Assembly: GCA_947492375.1 (NCBI GenBank)
Contig: CANLMI010000002.1
Span: 185,529-249,528 of the forward strand
DNA length: 64,000 bases
Direction: 5' to 3'
DNA from: an uncultured Kordiimonas sp.
Lineage (GTDB): Bacteria > Pseudomonadota > Alphaproteobacteria > Sphingomonadales > Kordiimonadaceae
Part shown: positions 32,040 to 40,789 of the stretch, piece by piece
Layout of the letters: every line of letters begins with the position of its first letter
Numbering within the stretch: the first letter of the stretch is position 1
Program-made: the position numbers and the translations under genes
Notes under the pieces: model-generated
Databases searched by the model: none
What the model was told of the DNA's origin: nothing
Seen by the model: only the letters and a program-made list of their open reading frames with translations

Positions 32040-32535
32040 ATTATATATCAAATTTTCATCTGTATCATCACTAATATATCTTATAGGCCTTATGATAGCG
32101 CCCCCATCCATTGCTAATGATTGCCAAGAAATACCAGAAACCGAAACTATAGCAGAAATAAACCATGCGTTTAGCGGCCTTGTCAAAGCGGCGCGGTCAC
32201 TTGATACAAAACAATATTTTAACTTTTTTGACCATGAACGCTACACAGCCCTAAACTCTGACGGATCAGTGACCCATTCTTTCTTAGAGTTCCAAAAAAA
32301 CTTTAGTCAACAGATCGCCTTTATTGAGGCATATAAAACCCTTCAATTTCATAATGTAAAAATTACAGTATTAGACTGTAAGACGGCTCTGTTAATCAAT
32401 GAATATAGCGCTACAATCAAACTGAAATCTAACCAGATTATACAGGCAGAAGGCGCAGGAACTCAACTATGGTCAAAAAAGAGCGGACACTGGAAATTAC
32501 TTCATGTAGCAGGCAGTGAGAAACCCACCGATTGA
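32026..32535 (+). CDS. Secreted SnoaL/NTF2-like (DUF4440-like) protein
   Basis: It has a signal-peptide-like N-terminus ending in SIA-ND, NTF2-like length, and a C-terminal WKLLHV motif. The start is uncertain; 32092 is an alternative. Confidence 0.45.
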   Translation: MSDCRLYIKFSSVSSLIYLIGLMIAPPSIANDCQEIPETETIAEINHAFSGLVKAARSLDTKQYFNFFDHERYTALNSDGSVTHSFLEFQKNFSQQIAFIEAYKTLQFHNVKITVLDCKTALLINEYSATIKLKSNQIIQAEGAGTQLWSKKSGHWKLLHVAGSEKPTD

Positions 32536-32536
32536 C

Positions 32537-33616
32537 TTATTCAATTATACTTTTTGAACAAACAAATAGCCTTTCCCCAAGTGCATAGCCAACAACACTG
32601 CGATTTACATCTAAACCGCCAATTGTCCACCAAAGATCGTCTATTTTCACCATACCACGATGGTCCATTGATGGTATCGGCTTATCATTCAAGAGAACCC
32701 AATTATCACTGTGAAAACTCCAGGCATACATATGCTCGCTCGGCTCTGCCGGCTTTCCATTATAGCCTATGCCGTTATAGTTATACGCTGTCGGTGTACC
32801 GCCCATAAAAATCACCTGATTACGCGCCTCATCACCCGCCGCAGCCATCCTATAATGCCCTCTTCCGGGTAATTGTGGTAATTTTTGATATGTTATCTTT
32901 GTCGGATCATTAGGATCAATGGTGCCTAACCAACCTTCATTAACCGTATCAAAAATACGGCGCCCTTCACTATCCTTACCGACAACAGCAACACCATCTG
33001 CAATAACAAACTTATTTTTAACAATGCCACCGGCATGCCCAAAAACTGGTGTACCCGGATAATCAGTCCCTTTTGCCCAAGTATTGGTTTTGGTATCATA
33101 GATTTGCACTAGAGAAACATTACCCACATCATGCCAACCAGATACCAGATATATATATCGGCCCCGATATGTAAAAGTAACCATATCATCAACAGGTGTT
33201 GGCATATCTGCAAGTCGTTGATAACGTTCTGTTACTGGGTCAAACGAGAAAACTTCGGGTGTTGATTTCTCACTACCATCTTCAGCAACTGTATAACCAC
33301 CAAACAGATAAAATTTATCGCCAACCGTTTCTGCACTGGCAGCTAATCGCCCTGTATTAACGGGAATGTCAGGTATCTGTTTCCAAGCATCATTACCCGA
33401 CACAAACATAAATACGGATTTTGAGGTATCGCGCCACGTTTTACCGCCTTTAAGGCCTGCAAAAGAGGCAATATAGATTTTATCGTTCAATTCCAATGAT
33501 GCGACAGCATTGTTACTATATGGCTCAGGTAATGGTGGCAAACATACATCAAAACCCATTGTAACATTTGAAAACAACAATGAACCCGCGAATGAAAGTA
33601 AGAGTTTTATCTTCAT
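32537..33616 (-). CDS. Secreted Kelch-repeat beta-propeller protein
   Basis: Signal peptide and repeated Kelch-like blades (KFYLFGGY, RYIYLVSGW, NQVIFMGG, LWWTIGG). Confidence 0.6.
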   Translation of the reverse strand: MKIKLLLSFAGSLLFSNVTMGFDVCLPPLPEPYSNNAVASLELNDKIYIASFAGLKGGKTWRDTSKSVFMFVSGNDAWKQIPDIPVNTGRLAASAETVGDKFYLFGGYTVAEDGSEKSTPEVFSFDPVTERYQRLADMPTPVDDMVTFTYRGRYIYLVSGWHDVGNVSLVQIYDTKTNTWAKGTDYPGTPVFGHAGGIVKNKFVIADGVAVVGKDSEGRRIFDTVNEGWLGTIDPNDPTKITYQKLPQLPGRGHYRMAAAGDEARNQVIFMGGTPTAYNYNGIGYNGKPAEPSEHMYAWSFHSDNWVLLNDKPIPSMDHRGMVKIDDLWWTIGGLDVNRSVVGYALGERLFVCSKSIIE

Positions 33617-33698
33617 AATCTATATCCATGTGAGGAAGTTGGTTTTCACCGTTGATATGCTATAGTAAAACCTGTTGCCGTGTCGATGGAGTTAATCA

Positions 33699-34109
33699 AT
33701 GTACCGGGTTTTAATCATATTTATTTCACTATACACTACAATTACAGGCATAAATGTGGCCGCAGCATCCGACTCTGAAACGCCGCCCCCTCCTTTAAAA
33801 CTTGAGGCCCTCTTGAAATCAAATATCCAGTCCGTGGATGATCACGAAGTTTTAATCTCACGCGTTACGATGCAACCTGAACAAACTTTGCCCCTGCATA
33901 CACATCCAACAGAAGAATATCTTTATATAGTATCCGGTAAAACTACCCTAAAAATTGCCAACCAAGATGGCATCGAATTATCAGCGGGAACAGCATACAA
34001 AATTCCTGCTGAAACAGCCCACACTGCTCTAACAAGTGACCAAACTGCTGAAATCATTGTTTTCAGGGTTCACAAAAAGGGAAAACCCGTTCGAACACTC
34101 GTTGAATAA
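33699..34109 (+). CDS. Secreted cupin-domain protein
   Basis: Signal peptide and the cupin_2 motif LPLHTHPTEEYLYIVSGK...AHTA. Confidence 0.65.
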   Translation: MYRVLIIFISLYTTITGINVAAASDSETPPPPLKLEALLKSNIQSVDDHEVLISRVTMQPEQTLPLHTHPTEEYLYIVSGKTTLKIANQDGIELSAGTAYKIPAETAHTALTSDQTAEIIVFRVHKKGKPVRTLVE

Positions 34110-34112
34110 CTT

Positions 34113-35933
34113 TTAGTTTTCGAAACTTTCCTTTAGCTCTTCAAGCTCCAGCCACCGAAACTCTTTGGCTTCAAGTTCGTCGCGCTTGGCTTCGATATCC
34201 TTTGACAAGGCATTAAACTTCTCGGGGTCTTTCGCATACAAATTCGGGTTTGATAGCTCGGCTTCCATATCAGATATTTTCATGGAAAGCGCTTCTACCT
34301 CGGCCGGCAAGCTATCAAGTTCTCGCTGATCTTTATAAGATAATTTTGCGCTTTTCTTTTTAGGTCCGTTGTTGATTGGCGTAACATTGGACTTTGAAGA
34401 TGTCTTGTTACTCGCATCTTCAACGATCTTATTTTTCTGTCCCGCTTTTTTCTGAACTTTATAGTCACTATAGCCACCCGCATACTCGGTCGCCGTTCCA
34501 TCACCTTCCATCACGATAGAACTTGTCACTACACGATCAAGAAAGTCACGGTCGTGCGACACCAGCAATATTGTTCCCTGATAATCCGCCAACACTTCCT
34601 GCAACAGGTCAAGAGTGTCCATATCAAGATCATTGGTCGGCTCATCTAAAATCAAGAAGTTAGACGGTTTCGCAAAATTAGATGCCAATAATAATCGATT
34701 TCGCTCGCCACCTGATAAGGCAGAAACAGGTGTATTGGCCTGACTTGCATCAAACAGAAAATCCTTCATATAGCTTCGTACATGCTTGCGTTCGCCGTTA
34801 ATTTCAACCCAGTCACTGCCACCAGCCAGTACCTCGGATACTGTCATCGTATCCTTAAGGTCAGAACGATTTTGATCGATTGAGAGAATATCGAGGTTCG
34901 TACCGAGTTTTACCGTGCCAGTATCAGGGGCAATAACCCCAATCAGCGTTTTCAACAATGTTGATTTACCCGCACCATTTGGCCCAATGATTCCAATTCT
35001 GTCACCACGGGCAATCTTTAAGTCCAACCCTTCGAAAAGCGTTCGACCGTCATACGTTTTCGATATATTTTTCGCTTCGATAACCCTAGCGCCTGACTTT
35101 CCACCCTCACCTACGGAAATGGCTACAGAGCCCTTTACCTGAATTTGATCTGACCGTTCTTGTCTAAGGGAATAAAGACGACGCAATCGGCCCTGGTTTC
35201 GGGTGCGCCGCGCACTGATACCCTCAACCGACCAGCGAGTTTCTTCTTTAATAAGCTTATCCAGTTTTTTTGCCTGCATTTTCTCGTCTGCAAGCACCTC
35301 TTCCTGCCATGCTTCAAATCTATGAAATCCGTCATCAAGACGGCGAACCTGACCACGGTCAAGCCATAAACATGCTTTCGTCAGGTTTTCAAGAAAAGTA
35401 CGATCGTGACTGATCAACATCATGGCACCACGCCAGTTTTTCAAATATCCCTCTAACCACTCAATAATAGATATATCCAAATGGTTTGTCGGTTCATCCA
35501 GTAAAAGCAAATCAGGCTCTCTGATTAATGTTCGCGCGAGTGCCGCACGGCGCATCTCACCGCCAGAAGCGCTATCGGGCGAAGCATCAGCTTTAATTGA
35601 CAGATCAGCCACAAGAACATCAACCCTGTAAGCCTGATCGCTTTCATCCTCAGGTAATCCGCCCTGAATATAATCAAATAATGTTGCATACCCTGATGCA
35701 TCGGGCTCTTGCTGCAGATATGCGACGCGCGCACCAGGCCTTACCCAGCGTTCACCATCATCTGCTTCAATAAGTCCCGCAATAATCTTCAAAAGTGTTG
35801 ATTTTCCTGTGCCATTACGGCCTAGCAAACATAGTCGGTCATTTTCCCCGATATGCATTTCCAAATCACTTAGGATAGGATCAGCGCCCCAACTGAGGTT
35901 AATATTTCGCAGGCTTAAAAGTGGCGGTGCCAT
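34113..35933 (-). CDS. ABC-F family ATPase (Uup-like, no transmembrane domain)
   Basis: Two ABC cassettes (GRNGTGKSTLL, GPNGAGKSTLL), signatures SGGEMRR and SGGERNR, and a C-terminal coiled coil. Confidence 0.9.
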   Translation of the reverse strand: MAPPLLSLRNINLSWGADPILSDLEMHIGENDRLCLLGRNGTGKSTLLKIIAGLIEADDGERWVRPGARVAYLQQEPDASGYATLFDYIQGGLPEDESDQAYRVDVLVADLSIKADASPDSASGGEMRRAALARTLIREPDLLLLDEPTNHLDISIIEWLEGYLKNWRGAMMLISHDRTFLENLTKACLWLDRGQVRRLDDGFHRFEAWQEEVLADEKMQAKKLDKLIKEETRWSVEGISARRTRNQGRLRRLYSLRQERSDQIQVKGSVAISVGEGGKSGARVIEAKNISKTYDGRTLFEGLDLKIARGDRIGIIGPNGAGKSTLLKTLIGVIAPDTGTVKLGTNLDILSIDQNRSDLKDTMTVSEVLAGGSDWVEINGERKHVRSYMKDFLFDASQANTPVSALSGGERNRLLLASNFAKPSNFLILDEPTNDLDMDTLDLLQEVLADYQGTILLVSHDRDFLDRVVTSSIVMEGDGTATEYAGGYSDYKVQKKAGQKNKIVEDASNKTSSKSNVTPINNGPKKKSAKLSYKDQRELDSLPAEVEALSMKISDMEAELSNPNLYAKDPEKFNALSKDIEAKRDELEAKEFRWLELEELKESFEN

Positions 35934-36094
35934 ATTTTTCTTTCAGTCTTGCTAGTTGAATGAGTATGCTGCTTATAAGCTTATCAGGTTCAAATGAGCA
36001 AGGATTGTCGAATAAATTCTTGCAATTAGCCTGAGCCTTGAAACATAAATTACACATAGCCATCTACTATCAAATATAATCAAGGGAATGGTTT

Positions 36095-36628
36095 ATGAGT
36101 GAACAACAGATTGATTTTACCAACGATGATGTGACACTGGATAGCTTACCCAAAGCTGAAGACGTCATTATGAAATCGCTTTCACCTTCCTATCCAACAA
36201 TTTTGATTATTGTAACACTGCTAATGACAGCTATCCCCGTAATAGCGATTACTATTCTATCACTTCTCGATGCACCTGTTCTCATCATACACTATACAAG
36301 CTGGTTTTATATTGGAGCGGCTGTTTTCTTGATCATCGGTTATTTCTGGAGCCATCTGGACGCAAAACACCGTGGTTATGCGATTAGAGAGCAGGACATA
36401 TTATACAAAAGCGGCGTTATATGGCGCAATGTTATCGCGGTTCCTTTTAATCGGCTTCAACACGCCGAATTACACCGCGGCCCTCTGGAACGTTTATTCA
36501 AGCTTTCTAGCCTGCGATTGTTCACAGCAGGCGGGCTAAAAGCCGATATGACAATACCTGCCTTACCTGAAATCGATGCTATTCGAATACGCGAATTTGT
36601 TCTCGCAAGCGCCAGTAAAAGCGCATAG
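36095..36628 (+). CDS. YdbS-like membrane protein with a bacterial PH (bPH_2/DUF304) domain
   Basis: Two TM helices followed by YAIREQDILYKSGVIWRNVIAVPFNRLQHAELHRGPLERLFKLSSL, which is typical of bPH_2. Confidence 0.6.
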   Translation: MSEQQIDFTNDDVTLDSLPKAEDVIMKSLSPSYPTILIIVTLLMTAIPVIAITILSLLDAPVLIIHYTSWFYIGAAVFLIIGYFWSHLDAKHRGYAIREQDILYKSGVIWRNVIAVPFNRLQHAELHRGPLERLFKLSSLRLFTAGGLKADMTIPALPEIDAIRIREFVLASASKSA

Positions 36629-36636
36629 GCACCATC

Positions 36637-38190
36637 ATGGCTAACACCCCTGAAAATAAGCACGACGTTGGTTCAAATAATAAGCGTATGAGCGAACTTA
36701 TGAAAAACTGGAAACGCCTGTCTCCTGTTGCGATTGCCTACTTTGTTATCGCAACGTTAAAACAGACTGCCCAACATAGCTGGCAAGCCTTGGCCCCACT
36801 CGCCGTCGTGATTGCATCAAAAGGCTTTAACATTTGGTGGTTCACACTTGCTGGAACAGCTATCATCATTGCTGTGATTATTGTTGCTGTTCTAAAATAC
36901 TTATACTTCCGATTTAGCATGACAGAAACCTCATTTCTAATCAGAAGCGGTGTGATTAATAAAAAGCAATTAAATCTCGCCTTTGACCGTATTCAGAATA
37001 TTGAAATCAAACAGCCGGTTTACTTCCGACCATTTGGCTTGAGTGTATTGACACTAGAAAGTGCTGGATCTTCTTCAGAAGAAGTGAACTTGGCAGGCAT
37101 TCCGATTGGCCTTGCGAATACTGTGAAAAGCGATGTGATTTTCAAACAAACACAATTGACACCCGTTATTGTGAATGAAAATACTGACAACAATCTCAGT
37201 GAAACAAGCGAAGCCCCAATTATCGAGCAAGACCTCAAAAACCTTATCAAACATGGCATTTCGAACAATAATATATGGATTTTCGCAGGGCTTGCCGCAC
37301 CTATATTAAATCAGTTCGATAAAAGTCTAAACTGGTTAATCACACCTGAAATACGCAATACTTATGAACAAGTCGAAGCCTTGGGCCCTGCAGCGTTAAT
37401 AGGGTCTACTATTATTCTAGGGCTAATTATACTGGGCACCCTAATGCTTATATCTGTAGCTGCCAGTATTCTTATATATTATAATTACAAACTATTCCGC
37501 AGTGGCGGCAGAATTTTTCGACAAAATGGCCTTTTGGAAAAACAACAGGCAAACATGGAAGAAAGTAAAATCCAACGCATTGTGATCCGGCAAAGCGCAA
37601 TTGGCCGCATGGTTGGCTCTTTCAATATTATATTCAAACAAATAGGGTTCGCGCGGAATGCATATCAGAGCGGGAAAAACTTTACGGTGCCTGCTCTCGA
37701 CACTTCTGGATATAAATATATCAGTTCATTATTATATTCAGGTATAGACTGGAAACATATCAAAACAAAGCCAATCAATAGTATGTACATAAGGCGGTTG
37801 GTTTTAATTACATCACTCCCTCTTCTTGCTATCGCTATCTTTGTAGCGCTACAAACTAATCTATACGCTTTTCTAATCCTGAGTTTGTTATTACCGTTAA
37901 CACCCATGTTTATTCAAAGCCACAAACGGTATCGATATGCGCTATATAATGAATATGCCATAATGCAATCAGGTTTCATTGGAAAATCTATTTCAGTGTT
38001 CCCCATGTATAAAATTCAAAATATTCGCATCATACAATCGCCGGGACAGCGCCGTAAAAACCTCGCAACAATAAAAATAAATATTGCAGGGCAAACTCTT
38101 TCCATGCCCTATATTCCCATCAAGGATGCTTATCTGTGGCGTAATATAATTTTAGCTAAAATCGAGCAATCTGATGAGCCTTGGATGTAA
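36637..38190 (+). CDS. YdbT-like membrane protein with three bPH_2 repeats
   Basis: 517 aa. A TM pair plus PH module is repeated three times (IRSGVINKKQLNLAFDRIQNIEIKQPVYFRPFGLSVL; FRQNGLLEKQQANMEESKIQRIVIRQSAIGRMVG; MQSGFIGKSISVFPMYKIQNIRIIQSPGQRRKNLATI). It starts 9 nt after the YdbS-like gene. Confidence 0.6.
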   Translation: MANTPENKHDVGSNNKRMSELMKNWKRLSPVAIAYFVIATLKQTAQHSWQALAPLAVVIASKGFNIWWFTLAGTAIIIAVIIVAVLKYLYFRFSMTETSFLIRSGVINKKQLNLAFDRIQNIEIKQPVYFRPFGLSVLTLESAGSSSEEVNLAGIPIGLANTVKSDVIFKQTQLTPVIVNENTDNNLSETSEAPIIEQDLKNLIKHGISNNNIWIFAGLAAPILNQFDKSLNWLITPEIRNTYEQVEALGPAALIGSTIILGLIILGTLMLISVAASILIYYNYKLFRSGGRIFRQNGLLEKQQANMEESKIQRIVIRQSAIGRMVGSFNIIFKQIGFARNAYQSGKNFTVPALDTSGYKYISSLLYSGIDWKHIKTKPINSMYIRRLVLITSLPLLAIAIFVALQTNLYAFLILSLLLPLTPMFIQSHKRYRYALYNEYAIMQSGFIGKSISVFPMYKIQNIRIIQSPGQRRKNLATIKINIAGQTLSMPYIPIKDAYLWRNIILAKIEQSDEPWM

Positions 38191-38324
38191 AAATAAACCA
38201 AGGATATGATGCAAAACAGCCACATAAACCCTCAAACAAAAGCCATCCAAACATTCAACGATAATTACTCTTGAAAATTGAACTTCTCCCTCATATACCG
38301 TGCTCCTCTTTTAAACGATAGGGG

Positions 38325-38861
38325 GTGCATATGCACAAATTATTTATTTCTACAATTATTGCTATCCTTTCAATCTCTACTATTGGTCATGCGCAAATCG
38401 GTGAAAAACACTTCGAAGGCGCATTCGTTGGTGCAGATATCGGTATCGAAGATAGCGGTGACTTTTATTATGGTGGCTCTGTTGGATATCGCTTCCAGGG
38501 AGATACAAACATTGTGGTAGGTGCTGAAGGAACATTCGGTGATATCACAGCAAGCGAAACAAATGGTAACGTTAGTGCAAACATTCGCTACGTTTGGTCA
38601 GCTACTGGAATATTAGGTTTAGCTATTGGTTCCGAAAAACGTGATCTGATTTTTATAAATGCCGGATACGGTGAAACAAACATCGGTGCGCAAGTAGGCA
38701 ATGTTTCTGATTCAGAATCCTTTGGTGGTTTTCGCGGTAGTGTTGGCTACGAGCGTGCCATCAGCGACAACTTTAGTGTAAGGCTTCAAGGTACATATCA
38801 GGAAGTTGGCAACTTGGGCGATGCATACATTGGCACCGCTGGGGTTTTATTCAAATTCTAA
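38325..38861 (+). CDS. Small outer-membrane beta-barrel protein (OmpA-barrel/opacity-porin-like)
   Basis: Signal peptide, alternating amphipathic strands, Gly/aromatic girdle and a C-terminal ...GVLFKF. Confidence 0.6.
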   Translation: MHMHKLFISTIIAILSISTIGHAQIGEKHFEGAFVGADIGIEDSGDFYYGGSVGYRFQGDTNIVVGAEGTFGDITASETNGNVSANIRYVWSATGILGLAIGSEKRDLIFINAGYGETNIGAQVGNVSDSESFGGFRGSVGYERAISDNFSVRLQGTYQEVGNLGDAYIGTAGVLFKF

Positions 38862-38884
38862 AACTTTAGTGTTTTCTACAAATT

Positions 38885-38913
38885 AAAAGGAGCCTTCACG
38901 GCTCCTTTTTTTA
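38885..38913. terminator. Rho-independent terminator between the convergent OMP gene and the malic enzyme gene
   Basis: Stem GGAGCC/GGCTCC, loop TTCAC, a T7 run downstream and an A-run upstream. Confidence 0.8.
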
Positions 38914-38930
38914 TTCCATATCAATATGTA

Positions 38931-40553
38931 TTAATATTTAGGATCATACATTTGCGCCTTTATAGCCGCGCGCAAATCATCTGGCCTTTTCGCTTGTGCA
39001 TTACCCGTTTCAAATGCTTCCTCAGCAACCGCAATCGCTATTTCCAGCGATACTTCACGGATTATATCCAGCGGAGGGTAAAGAGCACCATGTTCCAGAT
39101 CATCTTCACTCACCATATTCGCCAACGTTTTCGCGGCCGTCATGAACATATGATCCGTTATGCGCTCAGCCTCAGCAACAATCGCTCCAAGGCCAACCCC
39201 AGGGAAGATATATGCATTATTCCCCTGCCCTGGCCGATAAGTTTTTCCCTCATATTTTACAGAATCAAATGGGCTACCACTTGAAAAAATAGCAAGGCCA
39301 CTTGACCAATCATAAGCTTGCTCCGCAGTACACTCAGCTCGCGACGTAGGATTAGAGAGTGCAAAAATTGCAGGGCGATTATTGATCCGTGTCATGGCAC
39401 GAATAACATCTTCGGTAAATGTACCCGGCGCACCAGTTGCGCCAATTAAAACATTAGGCCGAATTTCATCAATTGCTTCAAGGAAAGTCATCGGTTGAGC
39501 ATCGTGAGCATAAGGTAGATTATGCGGCATCAATTCATCAGAACGTGACTTAACAAGTAAACCATCCTTATCGACAAACCAAAGGCGTTCCCTTGCTTCC
39601 TGATTTGACAATCCTTCCGCTTCTAATGCTGATACCATCAAATCACCAATACCTGTTGCTGCTGAACCCGCCCCCAGGAACATAATCTTGAGGTCTTTAA
39701 ATTCCTTTCCAGACAATCTTGTCGATGCATAAACCCCAGCAAGGCTAACCGAAGCAGTTCCTTGAATATCATCATTAAAGCACAGGATTTTATCTTTATA
39801 TTCTTCCAGCAAACTATAAGCATTCGGTGTAAGAAAATCCTCAAACTGAATCATAGCCTTCGGATATTTATCTTTTACAGCAGCAAGTGTTTCTGCAACA
39901 AGTTCACGGTATTCATCACCTTCAATCCGTCTTGAAGGATATCCCAGATATAACGGGTCATTTAATAATTCTTCATTATTCGTTCCGACATCCAACATAA
40001 TTGGCAGGCAGTGCATAGGGTTGATCCCGGCACACGCTACATATAGCTGTAGCTTACCAATCGGTATACCCATACCGTTCGAGCCAAGGTCACCAAGTCC
40101 AAGGATACGCTGCCCGTCCGTAATAACCACCACACGGACATCGCTTCTGGGCCAGTTATCCAACATTTTTCTGACATGCCCTTTATCGTCAGGGTTAACA
40201 TAAAACCCTTTCGGGCGCCTGAAAATATGAGCAAACTCACTACATGCCTGACCAACTGTGGGGGTATAGATCAAGGGCATAATTTCATCGATATTATCGA
40301 TTACGGTTCGATAAAAAAGGCGTTCATTTCGCTCATGCAATGCCCCTAAATATATATATTTTTCAATATTACTTTCTTTGCGGCGCATATTTTCAAGTAC
40401 GCGGCTGGTCTGAAGGTCAAGATTGCACACTTGGTAGGGTAACAAGCCCCTAAGCCCATACTCATCACGCTCTTCTCTAGAAAACCCTGTAGATTTATTG
40501 AGCGGCGCACTATAGAGGAGGCTATAGCCCTTGCGTCCCTTATTTCCAATCAT
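38931..40553 (-). CDS. maeA: NAD-dependent malic enzyme
   Basis: N-terminus LNKSTGFSREERDEYGLRGLLP, FNDDIQGTA, and the dinucleotide fold FLGAGSAATGI. 540 aa. Confidence 0.9.
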   Translation of the reverse strand: MIGNKGRKGYSLLYSAPLNKSTGFSREERDEYGLRGLLPYQVCNLDLQTSRVLENMRRKESNIEKYIYLGALHERNERLFYRTVIDNIDEIMPLIYTPTVGQACSEFAHIFRRPKGFYVNPDDKGHVRKMLDNWPRSDVRVVVITDGQRILGLGDLGSNGMGIPIGKLQLYVACAGINPMHCLPIMLDVGTNNEELLNDPLYLGYPSRRIEGDEYRELVAETLAAVKDKYPKAMIQFEDFLTPNAYSLLEEYKDKILCFNDDIQGTASVSLAGVYASTRLSGKEFKDLKIMFLGAGSAATGIGDLMVSALEAEGLSNQEARERLWFVDKDGLLVKSRSDELMPHNLPYAHDAQPMTFLEAIDEIRPNVLIGATGAPGTFTEDVIRAMTRINNRPAIFALSNPTSRAECTAEQAYDWSSGLAIFSSGSPFDSVKYEGKTYRPGQGNNAYIFPGVGLGAIVAEAERITDHMFMTAAKTLANMVSEDDLEHGALYPPLDIIREVSLEIAIAVAEEAFETGNAQAKRPDDLRAAIKAQMYDPKY

Positions 40554-40734
40554 AGTCTTAACCTTTATTATTATTCTAAATTTTGCGTGCTATAGCAAAA
40601 GTTTACACACGCCACACCTTATTTCATTCTCAAAATATCCAAAACACGAATATACCATTCATTAAATCTATAACGTATTTGCATAGAGATGAATATTCGT
40701 CCTTCGTTTCTAAGTCTCAAATATAACCCTTAAT

Positions 40735-40763
40735 AAAAAGACGGCCATTTTTGACCGTCTTTC
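40735..40763 (-). terminator. Rho-independent terminator downstream of the molybdoenzyme large subunit
   Basis: Stem AAAGACGG/CCGTCTTT. On the minus strand it is followed by a T5 run. Confidence 0.7.
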
Positions 40764-40789
40764 ATAGAAGATTTAAAAAATCCAATAGA

